Virus record (IMG/VR): IMGVR_UViG_3300027416_000239
Strand: one strand, 5' to 3'
Length of the DNA stretch: 64,000 bases
DNA from: an uncultured virus (IMG/VR IMGVR_UViG_3300027416_000239)
Lineage: Duplodnaviria > Heunggongvirae > Uroviricota > Caudoviricetes
Shown here: piece after piece, positions 28,660 to 38,794 of the stretch
Layout: each line of letters opens with the position of its first letter
Numbering within the stretch: the first letter of the stretch is position 1
Position numbers and translations under genes: made by a program
The notes under the pieces: model-generated
The model's database searches: none
Seen by the model: only the letters and a program-made list of their open reading frames with translations
Told to the model about the DNA's origin: nothing

Positions 28660-30170
28660 AACATAATTTTTGTTCCAGTTGATAGCTGGTAGTTTAATAT
28701 ATCTGCATTGTACTGGTAAGCTCCTCCAAAAGAAATACTCCACTTAAACGTACTTGTGATTTTAAAATCAACGTTCGCTAGAGGAACAAATAGGAGTCCA
28801 GACTTATACCACTGTCCTTCATAATAAAATATGTACGGAGAATAGATACCAAGTAACATTACGTTACCTGATAGAGCTTGAATACCTTTAAAGTTTGTAT
28901 AGCCTCCTGCTACAATAGACCAGTTCTGGAAGTCGCTATCACCTATCTTACCTAACGTAAAGTTAGTTCCTAACATAGGAGTTACTATCCAAACCTTTTG
29001 AGCTACTAACGCTGTAGTTGTATTGAAGATATCAGTCTTAAAGTTAGTCATAGTAGAGTTAGAGAATACTCCCATGAAGCCTTCTTTCTTATATGAACCG
29101 TACAAAGTACTATTCAATACATTCTCTCCTGTGGTAAAGTTAAAGTTAATACCTTTGATGAAAGTCTGTTTAGTATTAACGTGAGTAAGAGACATATTGA
29201 ACTTAAAGTTGTCCATTCCACTCTGTTTAATATCAGAAGAGTTTCTAACAATAACAAAGTCACCGGCACCAATTAAAGCACCTCTACCAATCTTCTCTTG
29301 TTTAGATTTCTGCTTCTTACCTCCACCAGATCCTCCTCCTCCATCTCCTTCTGAGGAAGATGATTCAGAGTCTCCTCCTGAGGCTGTTGAAGTATTCTCT
29401 GTACCTCCTACAGCACCAGCATCAGTTCCACCATCAGAAGTACCTCCAGTATTAGTTCCTGTATCTACTCCTCCGGCATCACCTCCGCCACCTATTCCGT
29501 TTCCTGAATTGTCTCCTCCTTGACCTCCTCCAGATCCTCCTGTAGCACCGCCTCCTGAACCTGAGCCTCCAGATCCTCCAGTCGAGCCTGAGCCTCCGCC
29601 CGAGCCAGTAGAGCCACCGGAACCGCCACCAGTCCCAGCATTACCGCCAGAGCTACCAGAGGACCCTGATGAGCCGGATCCAGAACCGCTACCGCCAGTA
29701 GAAGTACTTCCACCAGTAGAATTGTTCGAACCGCTTCCGTTGTTGTCATTGTTACTGGTCGACCCTCCTGTTGCTCCTCCTGTTGATGATGCTGCTCCAC
29801 TTCCTAAACTCCCTCCTATATTAGCTGCTACACCTACTATGCCTGAGATATTAGTGGCTGTATTAGTACCAGTAGTTGCATTTGATCCTGTAGAGAGAGT
29901 TCCTCCTGCTCCAGCGCAGGGGTTACTTCCTGGAGGAGCAGTTGCGTTAACACTTTGTACCCAAAGCTCGAATGCTCCGGCTTGAAGCTGGGCCTGAGTA
30001 AAGGTGTTGTATTGTCCTGCATAGAATAAGGTTACACTGCCTGATGGCTGGGTAATAGTGACAGCATTAAGTATTCCGGTACAAGGATCGGTGTAGGTGT
30101 AAACGTACTGTCCGTAGCTACTGAATCCGAGTACCAGTAAAATTAATACTTTCCACCATTTACCATCCAT
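28656..30170 (-). CDS. Secreted protein with Gly/Ser-rich linker and probable C-terminal outer-membrane beta-barrel
   Basis: Signal peptide; YTYTDPC N-terminus; ~170-aa G/S/T tract; amphipathic beta strands. Confidence 0.7.
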   Translation of the reverse strand: MDGKWWKVLILLVLGFSSYGQYVYTYTDPCTGILNAVTITQPSGSVTLFYAGQYNTFTQAQLQAGAFELWVQSVNATAPPGSNPCAGAGGTLSTGSNATTGTNTATNISGIVGVAANIGGSLGSGAASSTGGATGGSTSNNDNNGSGSNNSTGGSTSTGGSGSGSGSSGSSGSSGGNAGTGGGSGGSTGSGGGSGSTGGSGGSGSGGGATGGSGGGQGGDNSGNGIGGGGDAGGVDTGTNTGGTSDGGTDAGAVGGTENTSTASGGDSESSSSEGDGGGGSGGGKKQKSKQEKIGRGALIGAGDFVIVRNSSDIKQSGMDNFKFNMSLTHVNTKQTFIKGINFNFTTGENVLNSTLYGSYKKEGFMGVFSNSTMTNFKTDIFNTTTALVAQKVWIVTPMLGTNFTLGKIGDSDFQNWSIVAGGYTNFKGIQALSGNVMLLGIYSPYIFYYEGQWYKSGLLFVPLANVDFKITSTFKWSISFGGAYQYNADILNYQLSTGTKIML

Positions 30171-30900
30171 AAGCCTCCATGCGCTTGACAAGGTTCACTG
30201 TAGCGACCTCAAGAGCACGTTGTGTAGCAATACCGACTGTAGACTGATCGAATCCCATTTTAGGATCTTTAAACATACCCTCACCAATCTGAGTAGCTGT
30301 TCCTTGTCCTGATGCTACAATGTACTGTGAGTTGTCTACATTAACCATTCTGATTTGAATACCGATGATGGTAGTGTTAGTCTTTTGGACTTTACCTTTG
30401 TTATAATCTTCTCCGTATGATACAGCGAAGTCGTAAATTTCAGCATAGACAATGTATTTTGGTACAGCTATACCTTCCATGGTAAGTTCTGTTTGACCGT
30501 TGGACATACCTTCTAACTCTGTCTCCCATGCATCTAACATCTGAGATACAATAGCATCTTTCTCTTCAGCATAGCTAAAGCGGCCTGTCATCTCAAAGTT
30601 CTCAATAATTCTATTTGATACTCCTAAACCAACTCTCTTGTCTCTAAGCTCAGGAAACATATCCCACAGCTCTTTATTAACGTTTAGTTTAGATAACTGT
30701 ACTACTTGTCTTTCACCTGTGTAGATTGGTAGAGTATTTAACTCTTCTGCCTTCTCAAACTCAGCTTGATATTGAACTACTCCAATAGAAGAGCTACAAG
30801 ACGTAGCCATTCCTCCTACAAAGAGCAAACTAAATACAACTAATACTAAACCTAGTGGAGCAAATATAAGCTCTAAAACTTCATCTCTTCTTGTTCTCAT
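30160..30900 (-). CDS. CsgG/HfaB-family lipoprotein
   Basis: Lipobox MATSC; IVYAEIYDF; IGIQIRMVNVDNSQYIVASGQG. Confidence 0.7.
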   Translation of the reverse strand: MRTRRDEVLELIFAPLGLVLVVFSLLFVGGMATSCSSSIGVVQYQAEFEKAEELNTLPIYTGERQVVQLSKLNVNKELWDMFPELRDKRVGLGVSNRIIENFEMTGRFSYAEEKDAIVSQMLDAWETELEGMSNGQTELTMEGIAVPKYIVYAEIYDFAVSYGEDYNKGKVQKTNTTIIGIQIRMVNVDNSQYIVASGQGTATQIGEGMFKDPKMGFDQSTVGIATQRALEVATVNLVKRMEAYGW

Positions 30901-30902
30901 GA

Positions 30903-31277
30903 TTACTTACCTGCGTTACGTTCTTCTTTTGCTTTCTTTAGACGAGCCATTCTTTCAGCATTTGTCTCCGGCTTCTCTTCAACTACCTCAACTGGTGCTG
31001 CAGGAACTTCCTTAACAGTCTCTCTGATGATAGTTGTCTGAGATGGCGCAGCTTTCTGTTCTGGCATATTAATAATAATCTCTGGACCAGTCACATTAAC
31101 ACTCTGTTGGTTGTTCTGTACAGGTGCAGCTACTTCTGTAGCAGCTTCTTCCTCTATACCGAACAAAGCGTCGATGTGAGTTGTTACATAAGCGCCGGCG
31201 CCTGTGATGATTGTTGTACCGATACCGAGGATAGTCTTCTTAAGAGTTGACATTCCTCCTTCTTGTTCTTCTGACAT
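30903..31277 (-). CDS. Membrane-anchored hypothetical protein
   Basis: N-terminal TM segment; P/A/E/V-rich tail. Confidence 0.65.
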   Translation of the reverse strand: MSEEQEGGMSTLKKTILGIGTTIITGAGAYVTTHIDALFGIEEEAATEVAAPVQNNQQSVNVTGPEIIINMPEQKAAPSQTTIIRETVKEVPAAPVEVVEEKPETNAERMARLKKAKEERNAGK

Positions 31278-31280
31278 AAT

Positions 31281-33203
31281 TTAGTATTTAATTATTCTAT
31301 AAACTTTTTCTCTATCATGAGCAACTAGCTTGATTAAGTATGTACCTTTTGGAAGGTTACTTAATTGGAAGCCTTGGAATTGGAAACCTTTCTGTTGAAT
31401 TTGATCTTCCCAGTACATAACCTGCTGGCCGTACATATTGTAAACTGCAGCGCGTAAAGTGCTACCTTCGTAATCGTTGTGGTGCTCAATGAAGACCCAG
31501 TTATCATAATCAGCTGATGTTGGATTAGGATATACTTTAAAGCCTTCAATAAGCTCTAACAAGCCTGGCTCGATTGACATCTTATTAACAACTGAACCAT
31601 CGTTAGGTGAAGGCTTGATGTTTAAGTCATAAGCATTCTCATCACCAGCAAACTTCTGGCTGATCTTTAGAGGAGATGTCTGCCAACCTAGAGGTTGAAT
31701 AACTTCGAAGTTGAAAGTAAAGGTTGTAGTCATGTCTGTAATCACAGATGGGTTAAGCTTGTCTTCGTGACCGGCCCAGAATACTTTTCCTTTCTCTACT
31801 GATAGGATTGAAGTCCACTTAGAAGGTGCATCACCCATATCGATAGAAGTAAATCTAAAGATATTAGTATCATACTCGATAGCCATTTGAGCTGCTCCGA
31901 TACTGTTGCCGTAAGTAAACATTACAACAGGAACTTGCATCTCATAATCCTGAGTCATTACTAGCTTAGGAATTCTAAACTGAACTGTATCGTCGATGTT
32001 CTGCATATAGACAGCTGGGTCTAAGATGTACTCAGTACCTGTACCTGGGTTAGCCATCTTACCTACTAGTACAGCTGGGTTGTTATAGCCAGTTGTAGTA
32101 GCGTCACCAATTACATAGATGTAAGGCTTTAAGCTATCCATTCCGTTTACTAACGTATCGATTGCATATCTCCTAGGAGCACTAGTCCAAGCAGGGAAAG
32201 AAGTAGCAGCTACTGCTGATTGCCATTCTGAAGGCCATAGTACAGCTACGTTATTAACGCCTGTGAATAAAGAGTTCCAGTTAGTAGTTCCTAGAGCTAA
32301 TCTGTTAAAGACTGCGAATGCATCAGAGATAGTAGCATCACCACTCTCGTTGATATCACCTTCATATAATTCAATACCTGTTAAAGTATCTTGCATTGAA
32401 GCAGCATTAGCTAATTTATAAGCATCTACAATAGAGATAGCAGAGCCGTCAGACATTGTGTCAGTCTGAGTTACTAATCTTAAATGCCAGTAAGCAGTAT
32501 CGATTGGGTGAGTAACAACCATAAGGCCAGTTGCATCTGTAGAATCAGATACGATAGTTGTCCATGAACCTTGAGTATCTGTTTTTAATCTCTTAGAAGC
32601 TGTAAACCAAACTCCTAATGCATTTGATCCATCAGCGTTTCTAACTTTGATTGGGAATGATTGAGGCTGCATCTGGAAGTTACCTCCGTAGTTATACATT
32701 CCTAAAGCAACGTCTGTACCGTTGCCAGTTGTAGCTAAGTTGTTATAGGAAGTAGAGCCTGCAATAGCAATTGAGTCAGCAATACCAGCATAAGCTGAAG
32801 AGTGAGTCAATCTTAATTTAAACATTGCTCCGTCAGCCCAGTTAAAGTTAGAGGATGTTCCTGTGTAAGAAGCGATTACGTTAATGTAATCTCCGCTCTT
32901 AAAGTAAGAGCCGTATTTGTCTGCTACAGGAGTGGCTGTTGGTCCCCAGTAAATCTGAGCGTTGGAGAATCTAACAGCATCGTAGAACAATCTGAACTGA
33001 ACAGCTTTGACATCATTTGCTGTAGGGTTAGCAAAGTGGATGTAGATGTCTGTCGTTACAGAAGTATCCTCTAATGTGAAGAGGGTATCTACTAAGATGT
33101 AAGGACTGTTGGAATTTGGAGCTGTGAGTACTTCAAGCTTACCATTCTGTCCAAAGGCAGTTAGGCTGATTAATGCAGCTAATGCTACAAATAATTTTTT
33201 CAT
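31281..33203 (-). CDS. Cohesin + dockerin + T9SS C-terminal sorting domain protein
   Basis: Signal peptide; cohesin-like AVQFRLFYD and AAQMAIEYD; dockerin GDINESGDATISDA; CTD KVYPNP...SNLPKGTYLIKL...RIIK. Confidence 0.8.
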   Translation of the reverse strand: MKKLFVALAALISLTAFGQNGKLEVLTAPNSNSPYILVDTLFTLEDTSVTTDIYIHFANPTANDVKAVQFRLFYDAVRFSNAQIYWGPTATPVADKYGSYFKSGDYINVIASYTGTSSNFNWADGAMFKLRLTHSSAYAGIADSIAIAGSTSYNNLATTGNGTDVALGMYNYGGNFQMQPQSFPIKVRNADGSNALGVWFTASKRLKTDTQGSWTTIVSDSTDATGLMVVTHPIDTAYWHLRLVTQTDTMSDGSAISIVDAYKLANAASMQDTLTGIELYEGDINESGDATISDAFAVFNRLALGTTNWNSLFTGVNNVAVLWPSEWQSAVAATSFPAWTSAPRRYAIDTLVNGMDSLKPYIYVIGDATTTGYNNPAVLVGKMANPGTGTEYILDPAVYMQNIDDTVQFRIPKLVMTQDYEMQVPVVMFTYGNSIGAAQMAIEYDTNIFRFTSIDMGDAPSKWTSILSVEKGKVFWAGHEDKLNPSVITDMTTTFTFNFEVIQPLGWQTSPLKISQKFAGDENAYDLNIKPSPNDGSVVNKMSIEPGLLELIEGFKVYPNPTSADYDNWVFIEHHNDYEGSTLRAAVYNMYGQQVMYWEDQIQQKGFQFQGFQLSNLPKGTYLIKLVAHDREKVYRIIKY

Positions 33204-33274
33204 AAGTCGTCATAGTTTAATAGAACTAACGAAAACAATTACCTGTAACAATTCTTTAATAAATAGAAACAGGA

Positions 33275-33296
33275 ATAGGGACCGTAGTCCCTTTCC
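33275..33296. terminator. Hairpin, likely intrinsic terminator
   Basis: GGGAC-CGTA-GTCCC in an intergenic region. Confidence 0.5.
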
Positions 33297-33400
33297 CTAA
33301 TTTATTCTTTCTTTAAACTTACTCCTCTTCTTCCGAGTGCTCGTTGTAGATGGATTCTTGAATACCATCATACATCCAAACAGGCTCGTTGAAGTGAATA

Positions 33401-33643
33401 CTAATCAGCGGTTTGTTCATTTCCCAGGTCTTTAACTTCTTTAGGTAAAAATTCTGTATTGATATGACCGCAAGCGGTACATGCAAAGACTGGGATAGGA
33501 AGGTACGAAGTTTGTCCTGTACCTGTGAGTAGGCCTGATACTTTGCGGATATGGAGCGCTTGCTCAAAATACAAGTGTCCGCATTCATCACACGATACTG
33601 GTGATGTTTGATCTAAACTTACGTTTACGTTAGGTTGGTTCAT
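33401..33643 (-). CDS. Zinc-ribbon protein
   Basis: CDECG...CTACG. Confidence 0.75.
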   Translation of the reverse strand: MNQPNVNVSLDQTSPVSCDECGHLYFEQALHIRKVSGLLTGTGQTSYLPIPVFACTACGHINTEFLPKEVKDLGNEQTAD

Positions 33644-34002
33644 TTCTTAGCTGCTGGCTTACGATTGTTTCTACGACGTGGGGTAGGTTTCTTAGCAGCT
33701 TCTACTACTTCAACTTTAGGAGCTTCTACTTTAGGAGCAGGAGCGGTAGCTGGTTTGTTAGCTGGCTTTCTATTAGCAGGCTTACGTCCTTTTCTAGGAG
33801 CGCCTTTAGCAGCACTAACAACATCTTTAGATTGCTTAGCAACCTCTTTAGCAGCTTCAAGTACATCTCTAGTCTCTTCAGCTACTCTTTTAGCTCTTTC
33901 GCGAATAACTTGGATGTCTTCTTTTACTTCTTCAACAACTTCGATTACTTTTTCATCAATGGTAGTTTTACCTAGTAACCAATTCCAAAAACGTTTTAAC
34001 AT
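33640..34002 (-). CDS. Lys/Ala/Pro-rich (histone H1-like tail) protein
   Basis: N-terminal amphipathic segment; RKPAN and APKVE repeats. Confidence 0.7.
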   Translation of the reverse strand: MLKRFWNWLLGKTTIDEKVIEVVEEVKEDIQVIRERAKRVAEETRDVLEAAKEVAKQSKDVVSAAKGAPRKGRKPANRKPANKPATAPAPKVEAPKVEVVEAAKKPTPRRRNNRKPAAKK

Positions 34003-34050
34003 GATAATTTAATTTAGTGTTCTTTTATATAAATATATACTGATTATGTT

Positions 34051-34551
34051 TTAATACGGTTTATCATCGTATTTCTCATGGAGAAAGTTATAAAATTCAA
34101 GTACAGTCTCACCGGCAAAGCTCTCTAAGTGAAGCATAATCTCATCCCGGTTCATCCCGAAGATACGTCCTACGTACTTAAAGAAGCCTTCTAACCGGCG
34201 ATTCTCTTCCTTCTCATGATCTTCTAAGAGACGTTTACGTCGAGCTAGATCTACAGCACACACCTCTAAGAACTTCTGCCAGTCTCCTTGAAGCTCAAAC
34301 CACTTACGGCGTAGACGATGCTCTACCAACTGAGCTTCAAACTTATAAGGAGCAGGATCAAAGTCTCCATTCTTAACTCGCTCTAGAGGAGAAGCCTTAC
34401 CGGTCAATGGACGAGTCTTAGGAGTATAGCTCTTCCACCACATAAAGCGGTTATAGGGCATCTTAAAATAGTTTTTCTTAAAAAAAGCCTCTAACCACTC
34501 TTCGGTGTGGATAGGTTGATAAGGACACTGATCCTTTTCGTCGTACTTCAT
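34051..34551 (-). CDS. Hypothetical protein
   Basis: Long ORF with promoter upstream. Confidence 0.7.
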   Translation of the reverse strand: MKYDEKDQCPYQPIHTEEWLEAFFKKNYFKMPYNRFMWWKSYTPKTRPLTGKASPLERVKNGDFDPAPYKFEAQLVEHRLRRKWFELQGDWQKFLEVCAVDLARRKRLLEDHEKEENRRLEGFFKYVGRIFGMNRDEIMLHLESFAGETVLEFYNFLHEKYDDKPY

Positions 34552-34577
34552 AACACTTTCCATGACCTTAATATACG

Positions 34578-34602
34578 AAAAAAGGGTGACCGAAGCCACC
34601 CT
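34578..34602 (-). terminator. Rho-independent terminator
   Basis: AGGGTGGC-TTCG-GTCACCCT followed by a T-run on the minus strand, after the TonB receptor gene. Confidence 0.8.
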
Positions 34603-34626
34603 CTCTTCAAATATATTTCCCGAAAC

Positions 34627-37164
34627 TTAGAAGTTGTACTTCAAGCTAGCGTTCCAAGTACGGCCGAAACCAAACCATACTGAGTTACGAACGTCGATAC
34701 CATTCCAGGTAACAGAGTTCTCATCAGCGTGGATGTTTGTTTCAGACTCAGCGATGTAAGTAGCATCAAATAAGTTGTTGACGTTTACTCTCAAAGACCA
34801 CTTCTCACCTAAGCGAGTAGTAAGGCCGGCATCTACTAAACCGTATGAAGGAAGCTTAAGAGCTCCAGCATTGTCTGGTTGAGTAAAGACAGCATCTACA
34901 ATAGAGTAGTCAGCATAAAGACCATCTACAAAGCGGTAACCTAAATCAAGAGCAATCCACTTATTAGCGCGGTAGTCAGCAGCTAAGTAAGTAGTGAACT
35001 GAGCAGCATCACCAACCTTAGCACCCTTTAAGTAAAGAGTACCTGTACCGATTGATTGCTGTTGATCGTCGAACAACTCTGCATCAAAGTCTTTAGTGTA
35101 TCTCCAATCACCGATAGAAGTCATAGCAGTCAACTTCAACTTAGGAGTTGCGTTGTATACACCTTCAACTTCAATACCGTTGTGACGTACGTCGATATTA
35201 CGGAACTGACCGTAACCCTGATCACCTTGAGCATTAAACAATGCACGAGTGATAAAACGATTACCCCACGTTGTAGAGTAAGCATTTACATTTAAGGTAA
35301 GTTTGCTGCTGTTATAACCGTAACCTAATTCTAGAGAGGTAATCTCTTCGTTCTGTAGGTCTTCGTTAATAAGGTTAGCATAGTTAGGGAATACAGCATC
35401 AAACTGAGGCTGACGAGAGATGTAACCAGTATTAAAGAATACGTTAGAGTACTCGTTAATGTTATAGTTAGCACCGCCCTTTAAGTATCCGCCTCCTAGG
35501 TTAGCAACTTCTGAGATAGGAAGTGTCGGCTGGTCGAAGAAGTCTTCTCTCTGGAAAGATTGGTTAGATAATCCACCTTGCACTACAGCAGTAAGCTTAG
35601 TATCAGCCCACTCCAGTAAACCATTAACGCCTTGCCATCCTACGATACCATTGTTGTAGTAGTCAATCTTAGGACCGTTCAAGCCAGTACCTGTAAATGG
35701 AGTAGCAGCAACAGTTGTAGTGATGAACTGACCTTCTGAGTTCTTGTTACCAGTTGAGTAGTAAGCGTCAAGACCCATCAAGTCATTCATAACACGGTAG
35801 TGGTAACCTTTGTATGTACGAAGATCAACACCGATAGAAGTTCTTAACTTACCGAACTGACCTTCTAAGTTAGAGATAGCTCCATACCAGTCGTGTGAGT
35901 TCATAGAAGCACGACGTACTAATACAGCTCTGTTAACATCGTTACTTCTGTAACCGTTAGAACCGACTAACAAGCCGTAGAACGGAGATGAAGTAAGTGA
36001 GTCAGTTGTACCGTAACCATTAGTAGTACCTTGGTTAACAGCAATAGCAGCATTGAAATCAATAAAGCCATTTGAGTCACGAGTACCTCTACCATTATCT
36101 AAGTAATGCTCAGTAAGGTCCTTGTTGTAAGGATAGAAGTCGATATCTCCATTACGGAAGTTACCGCCTCGTGGTCCTGTGCCACCACCACGTCCGGCTG
36201 AACCGTACAATGAAGTGTTTAGTTTCCAGTTGGAGTTGATGTTCCAGTCCCAGTTAATAGTAGCAAGAGGCTTATTGTAGAAGTTTCTACGCATATTAAA
36301 CTCTTCACCATTCAAGAAACCAGCATCGGTATTCCAACGACGGTCAATCCCCTCTTCACCAAAGTTCTGATAGTCACGGATAGATACCCATGCACTTCTT
36401 TGGTGGTGCCATTGACCAGCTCCTAAGAAGGAGAAGTTAAGGGCGTGATCGGAACCTTCAGGAGCATAACCTAATGCTGTGAAGTAGGTCCAACCTTCAC
36501 CGGCTGTACCGTACGCATATCCGTCACCTTGCCACTTGGAAAGAAGTACAGATGTAGCCCATCCGTTAGCATCCTTACCTGTGTTATAGACAACAGATGT
36601 TTTTGAGTAACCATTGTTACCAGAAGTCTGGGAGATAGATCCACCTTCTTGCTTCTCTGCAGCCTTAGTGAAGATGGAGATAGTACCACCTACAGAAGGA
36701 ACAGCTAAGCGGGAAGCACCTAAGCCGCGTTGGATCTGAATACCAGATGCAACATCAGTAAGGCCTTGCCAGTTGGACCAATAAACCCATCCACTCTCCA
36801 TATCGTTGACCGGCTGGCCGTTGATAAGAATAGATGTATTACGCTGGTCAAAGCCACGAAGGTTGATTCGTGAGTCGCCGTAACCACCACCTTGCTTGGT
36901 AGCGTATACACCTGGAGTGCGGTTCATTACTTCTGGGAACTCTAAGTTACCCACCTTTAGTTGGATCTCTGCTAAAGACAGAGTCGATACTGCTACAGGT
37001 GTCTCTCGAACCTTAGCGATATCAATAACCCCTGAGGTTACAGTTACTTCGTCTAGCTGATAGAGCGAGTCGAGAGCTGTATAGTCAGGGGTCTCTTGTG
37101 CGAACGCTACGTTGGAAGACAACACAATTGCTCCAAGTAACATCCAGAACTTACCTTTTTTCAT
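34627..37164 (-). CDS. TonB-dependent outer-membrane receptor
   Basis: Signal peptide, LDEVTVT TonB box, plug (TPGVY, INLRGF, INGQP, GGTISI), C-terminal NNLFD...ASLKYNF. Confidence 0.92.
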   Translation of the reverse strand: MKKGKFWMLLGAIVLSSNVAFAQETPDYTALDSLYQLDEVTVTSGVIDIAKVRETPVAVSTLSLAEIQLKVGNLEFPEVMNRTPGVYATKQGGGYGDSRINLRGFDQRNTSILINGQPVNDMESGWVYWSNWQGLTDVASGIQIQRGLGASRLAVPSVGGTISIFTKAAEKQEGGSISQTSGNNGYSKTSVVYNTGKDANGWATSVLLSKWQGDGYAYGTAGEGWTYFTALGYAPEGSDHALNFSFLGAGQWHHQRSAWVSIRDYQNFGEEGIDRRWNTDAGFLNGEEFNMRRNFYNKPLATINWDWNINSNWKLNTSLYGSAGRGGGTGPRGGNFRNGDIDFYPYNKDLTEHYLDNGRGTRDSNGFIDFNAAIAVNQGTTNGYGTTDSLTSSPFYGLLVGSNGYRSNDVNRAVLVRRASMNSHDWYGAISNLEGQFGKLRTSIGVDLRTYKGYHYRVMNDLMGLDAYYSTGNKNSEGQFITTTVAATPFTGTGLNGPKIDYYNNGIVGWQGVNGLLEWADTKLTAVVQGGLSNQSFQREDFFDQPTLPISEVANLGGGYLKGGANYNINEYSNVFFNTGYISRQPQFDAVFPNYANLINEDLQNEEITSLELGYGYNSSKLTLNVNAYSTTWGNRFITRALFNAQGDQGYGQFRNIDVRHNGIEVEGVYNATPKLKLTAMTSIGDWRYTKDFDAELFDDQQQSIGTGTLYLKGAKVGDAAQFTTYLAADYRANKWIALDLGYRFVDGLYADYSIVDAVFTQPDNAGALKLPSYGLVDAGLTTRLGEKWSLRVNVNNLFDATYIAESETNIHADENSVTWNGIDVRNSVWFGFGRTWNASLKYNF

Positions 37165-37260
37165 AAGATAAAATTTAATTAAACAAAATTATAATACAAC
37201 CGTTGGTAATAAAGATACGAACTTAATTTAAACATACAAGCTCTTAATACAAATTTAATA

Positions 37261-37926
37261 TTAGAGTACCATCATCTTTTCGTGACCTACAATGATAGTC
37301 GGATCAATCCATACATCAAAACCTTTCTCCTTAATCATTTTACAGAAGGCAACATCTTCCATTGTAAAGTCTCTAACGAGTTTACCGTCAATATTATATT
37401 CAGTCCACATAGGTTGGAACCAAGGATACTCTAGAGATTCAAATACTCCCTTCTTAGTAAGCACCCATCCAAAGCCTGTGTAGTCGGCTGTAAAGAGCTT
37501 TCCTTCTTTAGCTTGGACCATCTCTCGATTAAGAAACTGAAAGTGTCCGTTCTTCAAAAAGAACTCATCATCCCAATCCTCAACTGTTGCATAGTGAACA
37601 TTATCGTTCATCATGTAAAGACCTGATACGATATCTTTATCGTGATTTAAAAGCTTAAAGAAGTGCTCAGGAGTAAAGACGATATCGGAATCAATCCACA
37701 TAATGTAATCGTAGTCAAATTGACCGCCAAAAGGCTTTTGATCTACTCCTCTTAAGTTATCTCCTCCTAAGCACATATTGCGTACGTAGTACAATAGAGG
37801 TGAGTAGTGCTGAGACATAATAGGTTGGATGCCATTCTGTAGGCAGGCATACACTAACTCAGTCCAGGACTGTAAGAACTTTCCGGAAAACTCTCTACCT
37901 GGGAGAGCAAATATAACTTTCTTCAT
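37261..37926 (-). CDS. GT-A fold glycosyltransferase-like protein
   Basis: RN, WIDSDI, GFG, EDVAFC, GH motifs. Confidence 0.75.
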   Translation of the reverse strand: MKKVIFALPGREFSGKFLQSWTELVYACLQNGIQPIMSQHYSPLLYYVRNMCLGGDNLRGVDQKPFGGQFDYDYIMWIDSDIVFTPEHFFKLLNHDKDIVSGLYMMNDNVHYATVEDWDDEFFLKNGHFQFLNREMVQAKEGKLFTADYTGFGWVLTKKGVFESLEYPWFQPMWTEYNIDGKLVRDFTMEDVAFCKMIKEKGFDVWIDPTIIVGHEKMMVL

Positions 37927-38618
37927 CGATTTTCTAAAATATATTTCTTTAAATTGCCTTCGTACTCATGCCATCCGACGTGCTTTAAGTTTACTTCAGG
38001 ATGGATATAAACTGCTTCACCTTCTTCTCTCCATAGAGAACTAAATCCCCAGTCTTCACTCTCATAGATACCGCCTTTAATACCTACATGGAATAGATCA
38101 TAGAAGGTATCTCCTGTTCCATATCCATCGATATCGTTTCTATATTTGAGGTGGGGATTGCTTTTAATTAGTCTATTGATTGCTGTCTTAGCTATCATCA
38201 AGAAGCCTGTAGGAGCGTATTTAGTCTCAATAAAACCTTCTGAGTTGATTGTAGAAGTACCAACTGGAAAGTCTACTCTTTGAGCTTCAGGATACTTTTT
38301 AATATGATCCCACTTAATATACTTCTTAGGGTACATACCCCCTACTACTTCTTTCTTAGCTTGAATAAGCTTAACAACATCCTCAGGTTCGAAGATGATA
38401 TCGGAATCTATAAACAATAAATGAGTTGCTTCCTCATCTTGAAGGAAGTGTGCTACTGCTGCATTGCGTGCTCGTGAAACTAAACTCTCAAAGAATATTG
38501 GATAGAAGGTGCAAGGTATACTTTGATCCTTGACAAAGTTTAATAACTTCATAGTGGACATCATCCACTCTGTATTGGCAGTATGATTATAACAGATTAA
38601 AGGTACAAATAACTTCAT
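37923..38618 (-). CDS. GT-A fold glycosyltransferase-like protein (paralog)
   Basis: SRARN, FIDSDI, YPKK, TGF, SEDWGF, HVG. Confidence 0.75.
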   Translation of the reverse strand: MKLFVPLICYNHTANTEWMMSTMKLLNFVKDQSIPCTFYPIFFESLVSRARNAAVAHFLQDEEATHLLFIDSDIIFEPEDVVKLIQAKKEVVGGMYPKKYIKWDHIKKYPEAQRVDFPVGTSTINSEGFIETKYAPTGFLMIAKTAINRLIKSNPHLKYRNDIDGYGTGDTFYDLFHVGIKGGIYESEDWGFSSLWREEGEAVYIHPEVNLKHVGWHEYEGNLKKYILENR

Positions 38619-38631
38619 TTATAATAATTAG

Positions 38632-38705
38632 TGCGCCTACTAGGGTTTGAACCTAGGACCTGCCGATTATGAGTCGGATGCTCTAACCAACTGAGCTATA
38701 AGCGC
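38632..38705 (-). tRNA. tRNA-CAT (Ile2-like, or Met)
   Basis: GCGCTTATAGCTCAGTTGGTTAGAGCATCCGACTCATAATCGG...GGTTCAAAC; cloverleaf. Confidence 0.9.
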
Positions 38706-38711
38706 AATTTG

Positions 38712-38794
38712 TTGGAAGGGACAGATTCGAACTGCCGTACCCGTAAGGGAGCAGATTTACAGTCTGCCGGTTTTAACCACTCACCCACCTTCCA
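38712..38794 (-). tRNA. tRNA-Tyr(GTA)
   Basis: GCAGACTGTAAATCTGC anticodon arm, long variable arm, GTTCGAAT. Confidence 0.9.

Noticed and set aside
29330..29810. Low-complexity DNA as a repeat element
   Set aside because: Explained by the Gly/Ser-rich coding linker of 28656..30170
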